The notes below the pieces were generated by a model. The model saw only the letters and a list, made by a program, of their open reading frames with translations, was not told the DNA's origin and ran no database searches. From assembly GCF_006345805.1 (NCBI RefSeq), contig NC_043003.1:4650001-4714000 (forward strand): a stretch of DNA of 64,000 nucleotides, given 5' to 3'. A program made the position numbers and the translations under genes. Source of the stretch: Octopus sinensis (Eukaryota). This document shows positions 28,583-42,780 of this stretch, piece by piece; positions within the stretch are counted from its first letter, which is position 1, and every line of letters begins with the position of its first letter.

Positions 28583-29135
28583 TGTGCCCTGATGCAGTAC
28601 CAGGCAGTGGTTCTCATGGCTTCTGATCTAAATTGATTGGAATTGTCATCATGTACATTGCTTTGTCTTGGTATAAAAGATGGGCTACAGCAAATATTCT
28701 GCTCAATACCACAGATTTGCTTGTCAGTTGTTTGACCTTAACTAGCTGAGCATGTGCCTTGGTGGCTGACGATATGTGCATCTCTGATCATGAGCAGTGG
28801 GGGAGCATCATAGCCATGTGTTGAGAGGGATTCTTTGGGGTTTGAATAATTCACCTCTGGAAACATGAGTGCTTCGTTCAACATCCTTAAACAATCCTTA
28901 TTCAGGGACCTTTTGAGCGGGATGGGCTACTCGACCAGAAGAAAATTCTAGCTGGGCCCCACCTGCAAGGTCATGTGCTGTTTATCTTGATATGAGATCA
29001 CCATGCCACGCGCATATGATTGTGATGCATGTGCCTGGTGTACCATTATCAGACGGGTAGTCGTGATGGGTATACTGGGCTTCGTATATTTTACCCCAGT
29101 GCCACTTTGATGGCATGCACTGCTCTCTCATTCAA
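28583..29135 (+). mobile_element. Non-coding ~550-bp interspersed element embedded in (AAT)n
   Basis: Second, 5'-truncated copy at ~37303-37620 shares the same 3' end ahead of aataataat. Confidence 0.75.
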
Positions 29136-29493
29136 TAATAATATGAAAACTTGTGGATGCCTAAGATTACAGGTAGTAACCCACTGTCCACATAATTCAT
29201 ACCAGGAATAAGACCGAACCTGAACCAAATCATAATTATAAAAACAGAAATATTAATGACAATTACTATACACTTACACATACACGCTGGCCCATAGTTA
29301 CAGAAGCGTGCGCGCACTTACGAAGCACCATCATATTTATGGAGGTTTATCTTTGAAATACACGCTCTCATCATATCAGTTACTATCATTCAGGCAAATA
29401 ACATAAATGATGAGGTAAATTTATTTTGTGCAATATTCATTATTACACATATTTAACGGTAACGATTTAACTCTCTAAAACTATTATTATTAC

Positions 29494-29541
<48 letters not shown>

Positions 29542-29938
29542 CATTATAATCTATTTATTATCATGTATTTATTTATTTTCAATTTACAAATTATGAAAAT
29601 ATTTAATTTATTTTTAGTAATTATTTTACATGTTTATCAAGCTTCCGTTTACAAACCATCTGACAATATATTTTATGTTTATTTGCTCCTCTTTATTTTT
29701 ATCTTGTGGCAATCCGTCCCATATGTTATTGCTAATCTAGTCAGAGAATATTTACTTGGGCGGAATATTAATATGTCTCATTAAATAGAAATATCTGATG
29801 AATTAAAGTTTAATTAATTGCTAGTATAACGTGTATTAATGGAATCTTCGAATGGTTTCGATTGTCCCAGGTTTCGATGGCAGACGGCAAGACAGGTATG
29901 CCTATATATATATAGGTATGCCTGTGAGTGTGTATATA

Positions 29939-30042
<104 letters not shown>

Positions 30043-30047
30043 GGGGG

Positions 30048-30247
30048 GAGAGTTTACGAAGAAAAAACAAAAGACGAAGACAGGTGGTGTATAAACCAAA
30101 CAGATGTATTAGTATAACGCTCAGGAATAGAAAAAAGTCTTTTACGTTTCGAGCCTACGCTCTTCTACAGAAAGGGACACAGAAAAAATATGGAGAGAAA
30201 AGAATGGAGAGAAAAAAATTGAGAGAAGAAAATGTGTGTAGTGGCTG
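30048..30247 (-). mobile_element. Penelope-like short repeat with variant minimal hammerhead (30139-30174)
   Basis: Minus strand CUUU-CUGUAGA-A-GAGC-GUAG-GCUC-GAAA-CG-UA-AAAG; abuts (GA)n/(TA)n. Confidence 0.7.
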
Positions 30248-30382
30248 TATATATGTATATATATATTAGTGTCCTGATATGCTTTCAAATCCATATATCC
30301 TCTATATGTATATGTGTATATATTTTTCATGCATAATATGCATGCATGAATGTGTGTATGTGTTTGTCTGTGTGTGTGTGCC

Positions 30383-30422
<40 letters not shown>

Positions 30423-30858
30423 CGCGTTTAGTGTCGACTTTCTAAAAAAGAGAACTGAATACTATACTACAGATTAATATATTTAGTTCGTGTCAGTGCA
30501 GCAAGAAACTGTATAGACTAAATAAACTATACGCACACACACACACGCACGCACGCACACGCACACACACACACACACACTTGCGTATATATGTAAATAT
30601 GTATATGGAGAACAACGAAGGACAATATCAATGATATTTACAATATTCACTTCCTACACCTGTTTCAATAATTCTTACACGAAATCTTAATAACAATCAT
30701 AGTTATGTAATTACACTTATGATTATAAGTATTCGGAACGTAAGAAAGACTTTATTTAGGATTTCGAGAAACATGAATTTTCTGATTTCATCATAATGTA
30801 ATATATTGAGCACGGATATTGAAAATTTTCCATGCTTAACTACTACTCCATTGATCTT

Positions 30859-32045
30859 TATGTATGTATGTATGTATGTATGTATGTATGTATGTATGAG
30901 TGTGTATGTATGTATGTATGTAGTATGTATGTATGTATGTATGTATGCAGTATGATGCATGTATGTATGTATGTATGATGTATGTATGTATGATGTATGT
31001 ATGTATGTGTAGTGTATGTATGTATGTATGTATGTATGATGTATGTATGTATGCATATGTCTGAGTATGTATGTATGTATGTATGTATGTATGTATGTAT
31101 GTATGTATGATGATGTATGTAGTAGTGTATGTATGCATGTATGTATGCATGTATGTATGAGTGTATGTATGTAGTATGTATGATGTATGTATGTATGTAT
31201 GTGTGTATGTATGCTGTATGTGCAGATTTGTAGTATGTATGTATGTATGTATGTATGGAGGAGTGTGCATGTATGCTGTATGTATGCAGTATGTGTAGAG
31301 TGTATGTATGTATGTATGTACCCTGTGGGAAGGTTTTGCCGTTCAGTTGGAGGATTAAAAGACATAGCAAAAGGTTTCGTACTCTCGAATCGGTTCCTTC
31401 TGCCAGCCAGCACACAATGAAATATGCAGGTCTTAAGCGGGACTCATGAGTCATATACCTGCCTCACATTGCGTTATCGATGACTCATTTTAATGATTCT
31501 TGCTAGAAATGGCTTTGCTCTTATACGAGAATGCAGCCACTATGTATGTATGTATGTATGTGTGTATGTATGCATGTATGTATGTATGTATATATGTATG
31601 CATGTATACATGTATGCTTGTATGTATGTATGCATGCATGCATGCTTGTATGTATGTATGCATGTATGCATGTATGCATGTATGTGTGTGTGTGTGTATG
31701 AATGTATGTATGCATGTATGTATGTATGTCTAAATGCATGTATGTATATATATATGTATGTATGTCTGAATGTATGTATGTATGTATGTCTAAATGTATG
31801 TATGTCTGAATGTATGTATGTATATATGTATATATAAATGTATGTATATATGTATATATAAATGTATGTATGTATATATGTATATATGAATGTATGTATG
31901 TCTGAATGCATGTATGTATATATGAATGTATGTATGTATGTATGTACGCATGTATGCAAGTATGTATGTATGCCTGCATGTGTGTATGTATGCATGCATA
32001 TATGCGTGTCTGTGTGTGTGTGTATATGTGTATATATATAATTTA
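30859..32045. repeat. Two large degenerate (ATGT)n tetranucleotide fields
   Basis: Seen directly, 30859-31320 and 31541-32045. Confidence 0.95.
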
Positions 32046-33094
32046 TACATACGTACGCTTAGACATACAGGCACACATGCGTGCATACATACGTACATCT
32101 TTACATGTGTATTGGCGTAGACATTGATACGCTGAGGTGGCGTAGTGTGTAACATTCCTTTTCACAGACTGCCTCACATCAGATGCCTTTATATATTTTT
32201 GTGTAATGTTATCTAAAAGTAAATGGTTCAAAAATAGATGTGATGGGCATGGCAGGAATTGTTTTCATCATAGATATGTTTGATGAGGGCAGGTCTGAAG
32301 GCTAAACAGCAGCAACATTAGTATCAACAACAACAGCAACAATAATAGGAAGATATAATAATGATATTTACAGAGAATCATGATGTTAATTAAATTAATT
32401 AGTAACAAACCTCGTTAATTAATCTGTTTATAGTTCGATATGTAAAACCGCCAGAAACTGGACAAAAAAACTGCTCAGATTTTATGGAAGCTGCAAAGAG
32501 ACATAAAAAAAGAATTGATGAAGATAATGTAGAACTGTATAGTGTAGGTGCTGTAGTAGGGCTGTAGTAGTGTTGTGTAACGTGGGGGATGTAGTGCAGA
32601 GCATGTAATGGTGTGGTGGGTGGTTTGGGTGTTTGGTCTGGATATTATATTTTGTAGTCTGAGTGGTTTAAAGTGTGGTTGTTGTCTCCCATTCTAAATA
32701 TTAGGTAATATGAAAGTAAGTTGGTGTTTGAGTGCTAGCGTTTGGGTGTGTGTGTGTGTGTGTGTGTAGTACGTAGTCGCCGTATCGGCGAATGACCATG
32801 AAATTAGCGTCGCGATGATAATGTGTCGGTTTCAATTCTGCCGTTTGACACATTGAGCATTTAAAAATCCAGTTGTCTCAAATACAATGTCAGGCTAATT
32901 CCGCATAAAGATTTCATTGATGGTATACATCTCTGAGTAATACTCGTTACCATACATGGTAATTCCATGGACCGAGAGGATCAGTTGATCAAGAGAATTA
33001 TCACTCATGGTCGGAAGAAGGTATACATCTCCGAGGAATGTACATATGTATGTATGTATCTATGTATGCATATATATATATATATATATATATA

Positions 33095-33400
33095 CTCAAA
33101 ATAAGTAACAAGGATATCCAATGTACAATCGTTTCATGCTACTTCATTTTATTAAACACTGTAAGTATTACATCAGTTTTAAAATGTCGAGCAATCTTCA
33201 ACCACATATAGAATTTTTTAATTAAACGAACAATGCACATTTTTATACTTATTTCATATGCCAACATTACAAAGAGGGTAAATATATAGACAGTGAGGAT
33301 TATAATCACCCCATTTAATTTATATGGATAATACCATACAAAATTCTGGTGCCTTTAACTTAAGTACCATATTCATCTGATTCTAACTTTTGCTGAACTT
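33095..33400 (-). mobile_element. Penelope-like terminal repeat (long stem II family) inside (TA)n, with degenerate hammerhead 33121-33205
   Basis: Homologous to 42781-43148 and 55745-55878; minus strand GUGG-UUGAAGA-UUGCU...AGCAU-GAAA-CGAUUG-UA. Confidence 0.7.
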
Positions 33401-33845
33401 ATATATATATATATTTATATATGTATGTATGTATGTATGTATATATGTATGTGTGCGTATGTGTGTACGTCTGTATTATGTGTGTGTGCATATGTGTATG
33501 TATGTATGTTTGTATATGTGTATCTATCTGTATATGTATGTGTGCATGTATTAATGCATGTATGCATGTAATAAATATAAGTGTGTATGTGTATGTGTGT
33601 ATGTATGTCTGTATTATGTGTGTGCATATTTGTATGTACGTATATGTGTTTTTATATATGTATGTATGTATGGGTGTATGCAGGATTTTGTGTCAAGTTA
33701 TAATGAAGACAATTTAATATTAAAGAATTTCCTAAATGCTTAGGAGAGTACATGTACTTCAGAGAGTACATGTTTGTTAAACTTTTATGGAAGTAGGATA
33801 GTAATAACTTCGAAAATTTTACCTCACATCCTCCATCAGACTAAT

Positions 33846-33896
<51 letters not shown>

Positions 33897-33897
33897 G

Positions 33898-33957
<60 letters not shown>

Positions 33958-33959
33958 AT

Positions 33960-34887
33960 TACTTTATATCTATATATATATACATTTAGGCGGCGAGCTG
34001 CTAGAAACGTTAGCACGCCGGTGAAATGCTTAGCGGTATTTCGTCTGCCGTTTCGTTCTGAGTTCAAATTCCGCCGAGGTCGACTTTGCCTTTCATCCTT
34101 TCGGGGTCGATAAATTAATACCAGTTACGCACTGGTGTCGACATAATCGACTTTGTCTGTCCTTGTTTGGCCTCTCTGTGTTTAGAGCCCCTTGTGGTTT
34201 AAAGAAATAGGTATTGGTATGTAGAAGACCCAAAGAGTGTCAGGTAACGCTAAGTAAGAGCTATGTACAGACGTAGTTAATTAAACTCTTGGTTCGATCA
34301 TGATACGAGTGATCACTCGTGATGGCGATGTTATGCCTCCATTCATCTCACACGGCCCCAGGTTCAACACGGAGGCGTATAACAAGTTACCTAGAGGTAG
34401 AACTGCTCTGGGTCAGAAGGTGGCTGTTGGAAGACCCTATTTTTGACAACAGGACTCTGCACCATGCCACACAATAGTAGGAAACCAGTCATGGCTGACA
34501 ATTTCTATCTACGACTACATCCCACCTAACATCTGGTACCTAAATCTCCACACTGCAACCCTCTTGATTATGTGTGGGGTGTAGTTGAGAGAGAGACCAA
34601 TAAAACTCCTTGTAACACTGAAGACGAACTGAAGGCAAGGATTATGGCAGCATTCACCAACTTAATCAAGGAGACTGTCCAGAAGAGTTGCAAGAGATTC
34701 CGAAGTCGTCTGGAGGCCGTGGTTGAAGCAATTGGGATTTTATGGAATAAATTTACTCTTTAGTATTTCAAGATATTTTTATGTAATTTTGGTTAGTATC
34801 GTTACAATAAGATGTCAGTACCGCGAATATTTTTTTAACTATTTATCTTTTGAGTAATTTATACGACAGTTTATTCACTGCACCCTG

Positions 34888-34924
<37 letters not shown>

Positions 34925-35851
34925 CTTTATATCTATATATATATACATTTAAGGCGGCGAGCTGCTAGAGAAACGTTAGCACGCCGGGTGAAATGCTTAG
35001 CGGTATTTCGTCTGCCGTTTCGTTCTGAGTTCAAATTCCGCCGAGGTCGACTTTGCCTTTCATCCTTTCGGGGTCGATAAATTAAGTACCAGTTACGCAC
35101 TGGGGTCGACATAATCGACTTTGTCTGTCCTTGTTTGGCCTCTCTGTGTTTAGCCCCTTGTGGGTAGTAAAGAAATAGGTATTGGTATGTAGAAGACCCA
35201 AAGAGTGTCAGGTAACGCTAAGTAAGAGCTATGTACAGACCGTAGTTAAACTCTTGGTTCGATCATGATACGATTGATCACTCGTGATGGCGATGTTATG
35301 CCTCCATTCATCTCACACGGCCCCAGGTTCAACACGGAGGCGTATAACAAGTACCTAGAGGTAGAACTGCTCTGGGTCAAGAAGGTGGCTGTTGGAAGAC
35401 CCTATTTTTGACAACAGGACTCTGCACCATGCCACACAAGTAGGAGAACCCAGTCATGGCTGACAATTTCTACGACTACATCCCACCTAACATCTGGTCA
35501 CCTAAATCTCCACACTGCAACCCTCTTGATTATGTGTGGGGTGTAGTTGAGAGAGAGACCAATAAAACTCCTTGTAACACTGAAGACGAACTGAAGGCAA
35601 GGATTATGGCAGCATTCACCAACTTAATCAAGGAGACTGTCCAGAAGAGTTGCAAGAGATTCCGAAGTCGTCTGGAGGCCGTGGTTGAAGCCAATTGGGA
35701 TTTTATGGAATAAATTTACTCTTTAGTATTTCAAGATATTTTTATGTAATTTTGGTTAGTATCTGTTAAAATAAGATGTCAGTACCGCGAATATTTTAAC
35801 TATTTATCTTTTTGAGTAATTTATACGACAGTTTATTCACTGCACCCTGTA
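33960..35851. repeat. Tandem duplication, ~963-bp period (family-B SINE plus maT-like transposon 3' half)
   Basis: 33960-34890 and 34923-35851 are nearly identical, differing mostly by small indels; boundaries lie in (TA)n. Confidence 0.95.
35184..35851 (+). mobile_element. Tc1/mariner-superfamily transposon 3' half, maT-like (about DD37D); second copy at ~34217-34890
   Basis: QQDSAPCHTSRRTQSWL/DNFYDYIPPNIWSPKSPHCNPLDYVWG...RFRSRLEAVVEAN; terminus caccctg followed by TA. Confidence 0.8.
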
Positions 35852-36276
35852 TATATATATATATATATATATATACTCACACGATAGGCTTCTTACAGTT
35901 TCTGTCTTCCAAATCCACTCACATGGCATTATTTAGCCGAGGCTAAGTAGGAGACACTGAACCCGGAAACATGTGGTTGGGAGGCAAATCTCGTGGTACA
36001 ATATATATTAGTGTAAGGAGCAATTACGAAAAATTGAGAGTAGAAGTGGGAGTATGTGGAAAAGAGAAGGTTACATAGATTAGAGTGGATGGAAAGAGGA
36101 CGGAGAGATTAAGTGGGAGACACTCCTGGGACGACGGTGGTGTAGAGGGCGTGGTGGTGGTGGTAGTGTGGTAGTGGTAGTAGTAGTAGGAGGAGGAGGA
36201 GGGGTTGTGTAGGAGACTGAGTGGGAGACGGAGAGATAAAGGTAAATAGCGAGCGAAGAAGAGATAGACAGATGCG

Positions 36277-36307
<31 letters not shown>

Positions 36308-36308
36308 C

Positions 36309-36359
<51 letters not shown>

Positions 36360-36575
36360 ACGTGTACAAAGAGAGAAAATGGGGGAGAGAGAAAGAATGG
36401 GAAGGAGGGGGAAGTGAAAATATAACAAAACAGATATATGAAAATGATGAAATTATAACTGATACGCAACAAGGGAATACACACACACACACATGGAGGA
36501 GAAGTTTGTTTACATTTATACTTATATAAGTCTCTGTATATACATATATAAACTTGAATGCACATGCGTATACAG

Positions 36576-36606
<31 letters not shown>

Positions 36607-36733
36607 AATATATCTACTCGTATGTGTACATACATGCGTATGCATGTACACATATATATGTGTGTGTGTGTGTATTTCTCCGTTCCACCCTCTCCCTGTC
36701 TCTCTATTTCCTTATGTATATATATATATATAC

Positions 36734-36778
<45 letters not shown>

Positions 36779-37110
36779 TGTATGTAGCTCTTTACGTTTC
36801 TTATTGGATTTTGCTTCTGTTGAAATTTACTTTGTCAAAAATTTGAAAAGAATAAGTGATTCTACTTAAACTCAGATTTACACTCGCTCACACGAAAGAC
36901 GGGTATGGTTAACATATAAATTATAGATGCGGGTGTGTGTGTGTGTTTATAAAAGTAAGTGCATGTACTTACGTAAATACATACTTACAACTCTATGTAT
37001 GTATGTATGTATGTATCTATCTATCTATCCATCTATGTATGTATCTATCTATTTGCATCCCCAACCAAGAATTTTTGATGTAATACATGTCCTTGTGGAA
37101 GTAGTTGTGC

Positions 37111-37188
37111 GCGGCTGAAGAAGGCCACAGACACACATTATGCATTGTTATAAATCCGTCTAATAAAGGCCCGAAACATATGTACCGC
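37111..37188 (+). ncRNA. Type I hammerhead motif with palindromic stem III and ~41-nt stem II loop
   Basis: GCGG-CUGAAGA-A-GGCC-(loop)-GGCC-C-GAAA-CAUAUG-UA-CCGC; perfect 4-bp stem I; the element ends ttattttga like the 33095 and 42781 family. Confidence 0.8.
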
Positions 37189-37302
37189 TGAATCCTTGGC
37201 ATCATGTTTTTATTTTGATTAATTTATTTGTACACACATACACATGGGGACGTACATACACATGAACAAACAAGCATACATAAACATGGATAATAAGCAA
37301 AG

Positions 37303-37619
37303 ATGGGGAGTATCATAACCATGTGTTGAGAGGAATTCTTTGAAGTTTGAATAATCCAGCTTTGGAAACATGGGTGTTTTGTTTACATACTTAAACAACA
37401 ATTATTCAAGCACCATTTGAATGGCATGGGCTACTCGACCTGAGGAAAATTCTAACTGGGCCCCACCTGCAAGGTCATCCTTTGTTTAAGAGATCACCAT
37501 GTTACGCAATATGGTTGCGATGCATGAGCCTGGTGCACCCTTATCAGATAGGTAGTCATGATGGGTATACTGGGCTTTGTATATTTTATCCCAGTGTCAC
37601 TTTGATGTCTCACTCACTC

Positions 37620-37620
<1 letters not shown>
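37303..37620 (+). mobile_element. 5'-truncated copy of the (AAT)n-associated element
   Basis: Matches ~28800-29135. Confidence 0.8.
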
Positions 37621-37661
<41 letters not shown>

Positions 37662-37681
37662 CATAATAATAATAATAATAA

Positions 37682-38272
37682 GCGAATGCCCGAAATTGGC
37701 ACAACGCGAATAGAAAATACCTCATGACAATATGGCAAGAATGATCCATTGGGAGTTCTGTGGAAATCGCAACATACAAAGAGCAAAGACGTGGTATGAG
37801 CAAACTCCAGAAGGAGTCGTCGAAAGTGAGAATTGTAAAATTCTGTAGGATATAATGATCCAGTATGATCACCTGACCAGACATCGGAAACTGGACATTG
37901 TTGTGGCGAATAAAAATGAAAGAACATGTATGACAATCGACGTAGCATGCCCCGGTAACAACAAGATCAATGTGAAAGAAGAAGAAAAAATATACAACTA
38001 TGACGATTTGAAATGGGAAATACGAAGGTTGTGGTCAATGAGGAGATTAGATGTGGTACCAATAATAATTGGTGCGCTTAGAAATATCAGCACTCAACTA
38101 CCAACATTAACTGAAAAAGTTTGGTGCAAGAGTGAACAACTACAAAAATCAACATTACTTGGAACTGCAAGAATTCTTCGCAGTGTTCTTGAAGCAAGAC
38201 CAGAAAACAAGTGTCACCGTGGGCAGCTGGCACTTTCCATCATACCCAGCAAAATAAGAGGTGAGTTTTCAG
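37682..38272 (+). mobile_element. Dong/R4-like LINE 3' end encoding a restriction-like endonuclease domain, flanked by (AAT)n
   Basis: HDNMARMIHWEFC...WYEQTPEGVVESENCKIL*DIMIQYDH...RKLDIVV...IDVACPG...EEEKIYNYDDLKWEIRRLW...VVPIIIGAL...LQKSTLLGTARILRSVL. Confidence 0.9.
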
Positions 38273-38327
38273 ATAATGATAATAATAATAATAATAATAA
38301 TAATAATTATGATGATAATGATGATGA

Positions 38328-38700
38328 CAATGAACTATACTCCAAGAGTGAAGTGTCAAGATGTTATGTAAAGAGGAAAGAAGGAAGAGGGGGATTGGTG
38401 TGTTGTGAAGGTTGAGTAAGTGAAGAGGAGAATAGCCTGGCTTGGTATGTGAAGGGGAATAAAGAAGAAATGATTGAAGCAGTGAAAATGCAGGGAACCC
38501 TAAAAGTAGACCCTAAACAATTTAAGAAAGTCCAGAGAGCAGATGAAGAAAATTTAGCAGGAGAAGGAAATGCAGTCAGTTCTTGAAGAATAAAGGTGAT
38601 ATTGGTTGGAATAGAACCTGGCAATGGCGCTCAAGAACAAACTACACCAAATATCACATTGATAAAAGAACTGACTCGCTACAGTGTAGGATGTGCTTCT
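38328..38700 (+). mobile_element. Dong/R4-like LINE fragment from upstream of the endonuclease, with start of the Cys knuckle
   Basis: LYSKSEVSRCYVKRKEGRGGL...NYTKYHIDKRTDSLQCRMC. Confidence 0.75.
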
Positions 38701-38914
38701 GAGTAAAGACTCTATCGATGTAGACTTAGACTTTCATCCTCTTGTGGGTCAATGAATTAAGTACTAGAAGAGCAATGGGGCTATATAATCGACTTATCTC
38801 ATGTCTCGAAATCCCTGGTCTTGTGACAGTTATTTTCAGTATTCTAAAAATTATTTTACCTCCATAAATTCACTATTTATTTTATATATTTTCTATTACT
38901 CTCTACGCTTCCCT

Positions 38915-38950
38915 TTCTTTGACGAAGGAGCAACGTCCGAAACGTTCCGA
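38915..38950 (+). ncRNA. Degenerate minimal hammerhead motif
   Basis: UUGACGA-A-GGA-GCAACG-UCC-GAAA-CG-UU; C3 changed and stem I not evident. Confidence 0.45.
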
Positions 38951-39665
38951 ATTTACCCTCCAATTCACAAACCTAAAATTGTAATTTTTGTCAAATATTC
39001 TTCTTCTTGCATTGTCAATATTATTTTTCATCCTTACACGCACACGCGCGCACGCGACTGTATTTATCAAAATAGGCACATGTATGTGTGTGTATATATA
39101 TGATATTTACGCACGCACGCGCACACACACAACCCCCTCTCTCTCTCACACTCACACACACACATCCCCCCTCTCTCTCTCTCACTCACCCACACACACA
39201 CACACACACGTATATGCATAGGTGAAGTGAGAATTTAGTGTCATGTTTATATCGAACATTTTTCCAAATTTGTTCCAAACACAAAGTTATTTTTAGGGAT
39301 TTTATCCGAATCCTTTTCATCCTACAAATATTTACGATTTAGTTTAAGACAATATTTTAATCCAAATAATACGTTGTTATATTTTTAAAAATATTATCAT
39401 CAGAGACTTGAGATGGTATCAGTTTCTGAAATGTATTTATATTTCCTCTTCAATAAATATGGTGTGTGAATGGGTGGGTGGGCTTTGTATGTATGTATGT
39501 ATGTATGTATGTATGTATGTATGTGTATGTATGTATGTATGTATGTATGTATGTATGTATGCATGCATGTGTGTGTGTGTGCGTATACCTGCATATACAC
39601 ACACAGGCATATATGTATATAATATATATATATATATATAATACATACATATATATGTGTGCGTA

Positions 39666-39835
39666 GGCGCAGGCTTGGCTGTGTGGTAAGAAGCTTGCTT
39701 CTCAGTCACATGGTTCCGGGTTCAGTCCTACTGCGTAGCAACTTGGGCAAGTGTCTTCTACTATAGCCTCGGGCCGACCACAACCTTGTGAGAAGATTTG
39801 GCAGAGGGAAACTGAAAGAAGCCCGTCGTATATAC

Positions 39836-39879
<44 letters not shown>

Positions 39880-40065
39880 CTGTTTGTTCCCCCCCCCACC
39901 TTCGCTTGAAAACCGATGTTGGTGTGTTTACATAACCAGTAACTAGAGGTTCGGCAAAATAAACCGATAGAATAAGTACTAGGCTTACAATAAATAAGTC
40001 TTGCGGTCGATTTGTTTGACTAAAAGCGGTGCTCCAACATGGCTGAAACAAATAAACGAATAAAT
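39666..40065 (+). mobile_element. Family-A SINE
   Basis: Homologous to 10113-10520. Confidence 0.9.
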
Positions 40066-40125
40066 GGAGAAAAGAATACTTCGTTTTTTAACAGAATATA
40101 CTATAACTATATATCTATCTATCTA

Positions 40126-40185
<60 letters not shown>

Positions 40186-40213
40186 GATGGATGCAAACAT
40201 ACATTTATACGCT

Positions 40214-40268
<55 letters not shown>

Positions 40269-40892
40269 GTGTGTCTGTGTGTGTGTAGTGTGTATTTTCT
40301 TCAATTTCCTTCTTGTATTTTAATCCTCATTTTCTTCTCTCCGATCGTAAACGCTCGCATTCTTACGGCAAGTTTCCTTTCTCCGTGACCAGTCCAGAAA
40401 ATACACTCTATATTTTCTATGGCGGTTTATTTCACATATCTATCTGTAGTTTTCATTTGTATCCATAGACAAACTATGTTCGGCATCGTTTATGATTACT
40501 TCCGGTTTAGTTCCTGATTAAAATCTGTACGTTTTGTTTTCTATATATGTCCTTTTCTTTCGTTTACTTTGAACCCTGGAAATATCTAGAATCTCCGGAA
40601 GAACCTATGCTTAAAGGCATTCCATCCATGATAATTCCGTCTGAACATTGCCTATCTACGATTACATTATCCACTTCGTCCATCGCTGTAGATACTACAG
40701 TGTATAGTGTAGATTTTAGGCGATAGTGCTGTTATTTCTAGCATGAGGAGCAACCACATGTGGGCTCAAAAGTTATCTTGGCTTTTTGCTGGACGTCGAT
40801 TAGAGTGGAATAGTGATGATGACGACGATGATGATGATACTTGGCGAGGTAATAAAGGAAAGGAGCAGAAGAAAGAAAAAGAGAAAAGCGAA

Positions 40893-41021
40893 GCAGCAGC
40901 AGTAGTAGTAGTAGTAGTAGTGGTAGAAGAAGAAGAAGGAGGAGAAGAAGAAGAAGAAGAAGAAGAAGAAGAAGAAGAAGAAGAAGAAGAAGAAGAAGAA
41001 GAAGAAGAAGAAGAAGAAGAA
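40893..41021. repeat. (GCA)/(GTA)/(GAA)n compound microsatellite
   Basis: Seen directly. Confidence 0.95.
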
Positions 41022-41930
41022 ATAATCAATCAGTGTCCGTTCAGTTTACGGTGATGCTGGCTAGAAATATTTCGTCGCCATCTTGTATATCAGCTGAACA
41101 GAGCAAAAAAAAAAGGAAAAAGGTAAACATCGAAGATGATGGTTCTATAGGAAGGCTATCATTCATGTTGGAATGGTAAGAATGGAAGTAGAGATGGTAG
41201 GTATGGATGGGTAAAAGAGTGGAGGGAACCAGCCAGGTAAATACAGGTTTTCTCAATTGTTTCAGACAGTTTTATGAAGACGAAAGTTAATTTTAGACCT
41301 GTAATTTGAAATGAAGAATTAGCTAGCGTCCGAAGACGAATTCTCTTTAAGTTTCGAGAGTAAGGCATAAAACACAAATAACGGCAACCAACTAAAGACA
41401 TGGACAAATTTAGATTATCCTGCAGACACCATACCGCGCTACCACCATTACCCACCACCGATGTCTGAACAATGCACGCGCGCGCGCAGACACACATCGC
41501 ATGCACGCACGCACGCACTCGTATACACACACACAGTGTACGAGCTCAATCTGTACCCCTCTGTCTCTTTCTTTCTCTCTCATTCAACATTCTCTTTATC
41601 GTTAACATCACTACACGAATATATGTTTATATTTCTCTCTATATATATATGTATGTGTGTGTGTGTGTGTGTGTGTCTGTGTGTGTATAACGACCTCGAA
41701 CCCACAAGAGTAAAGAAGAGAAACAGAGACAGGCGGAAACAGGGAAAATGCCCCCTTGTAAATTGTATTTGAATACGATGCAAATATTTTTTTAAAAACC
41801 TTTTCATTTAATTTTTCCAAAATTTAATTCTTCCAAACTTGTGTTTCCATACTTACAGTTGAAAAAGTCTCAATGACCGAAACCGGTACTGAAATGTGTT
41901 TTATAAAAGTATTTTATCATTTTCTACCTT

Positions 41931-41967
<37 letters not shown>

Positions 41968-42457
41968 TACACACACATAAATATACAATATATATATGCA
42001 CGTGTGTATTTAATTCTGTGTTGGTATTCATTATCAAGTACACGATTATAGCTAAACACACACGCACACACATGCACACAGACATACAAACACACATACC
42101 CACATACAAACACTTAATGCACATAAACAGCCATCGTTGTATCGTCATTACCAACAATATATTTTTTATTTGGCTGGTTGTTGTCCAATAACCAAATCCC
42201 TGAATCTGGCAATCTAGATGTTGGTTTTTGTCCGGCCTTTATTCTAAAAAACACCAGCATGCCGTGCTAGGTTTAGATCGTACCATTATAGATTTGAACA
42301 TCTGTAGAAACACAACGGGTTATCTAGAAGTGCAAGCATTTATAGATTAGAATACCCCGAGTGTAGCAGTTAAGAATGAAATGAAAGAAATCCTTCGTAA
42401 TTGGGTACAGTTATATACAATATTTGCGTACATACATATATACATATTTATAAATGG

Positions 42458-42498
<41 letters not shown>

Positions 42499-42780
42499 TA
42501 TATATAAATATATGTGTACATTAACACTTATAGGGGGAAGAACCGGCAGCGATTTTGACTTCTTAACGCTCCCTTAACTTGGAGCAGATTGAACGATTGG
42601 ATTTGCACAGATTTGGTATTTTCTCAGCTCAGAATGTACATCTAAATAATGCAAAAAGCATTCAACAAAAAATAAACATATCGAGACATTAACTGTCATG
42701 AGATGCTCCCGCTTATTACGTCTCTACTCTTTGGTACATCAAATGGAAAGCTATGACATCATATATATATATATATATAT

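Noticed and set aside
29797-29830. Isolated CUGAUGA (also minus-strand hits near 39397 and 43801)
   Set aside because: No properly placed GAAA/UH or stem I partner.
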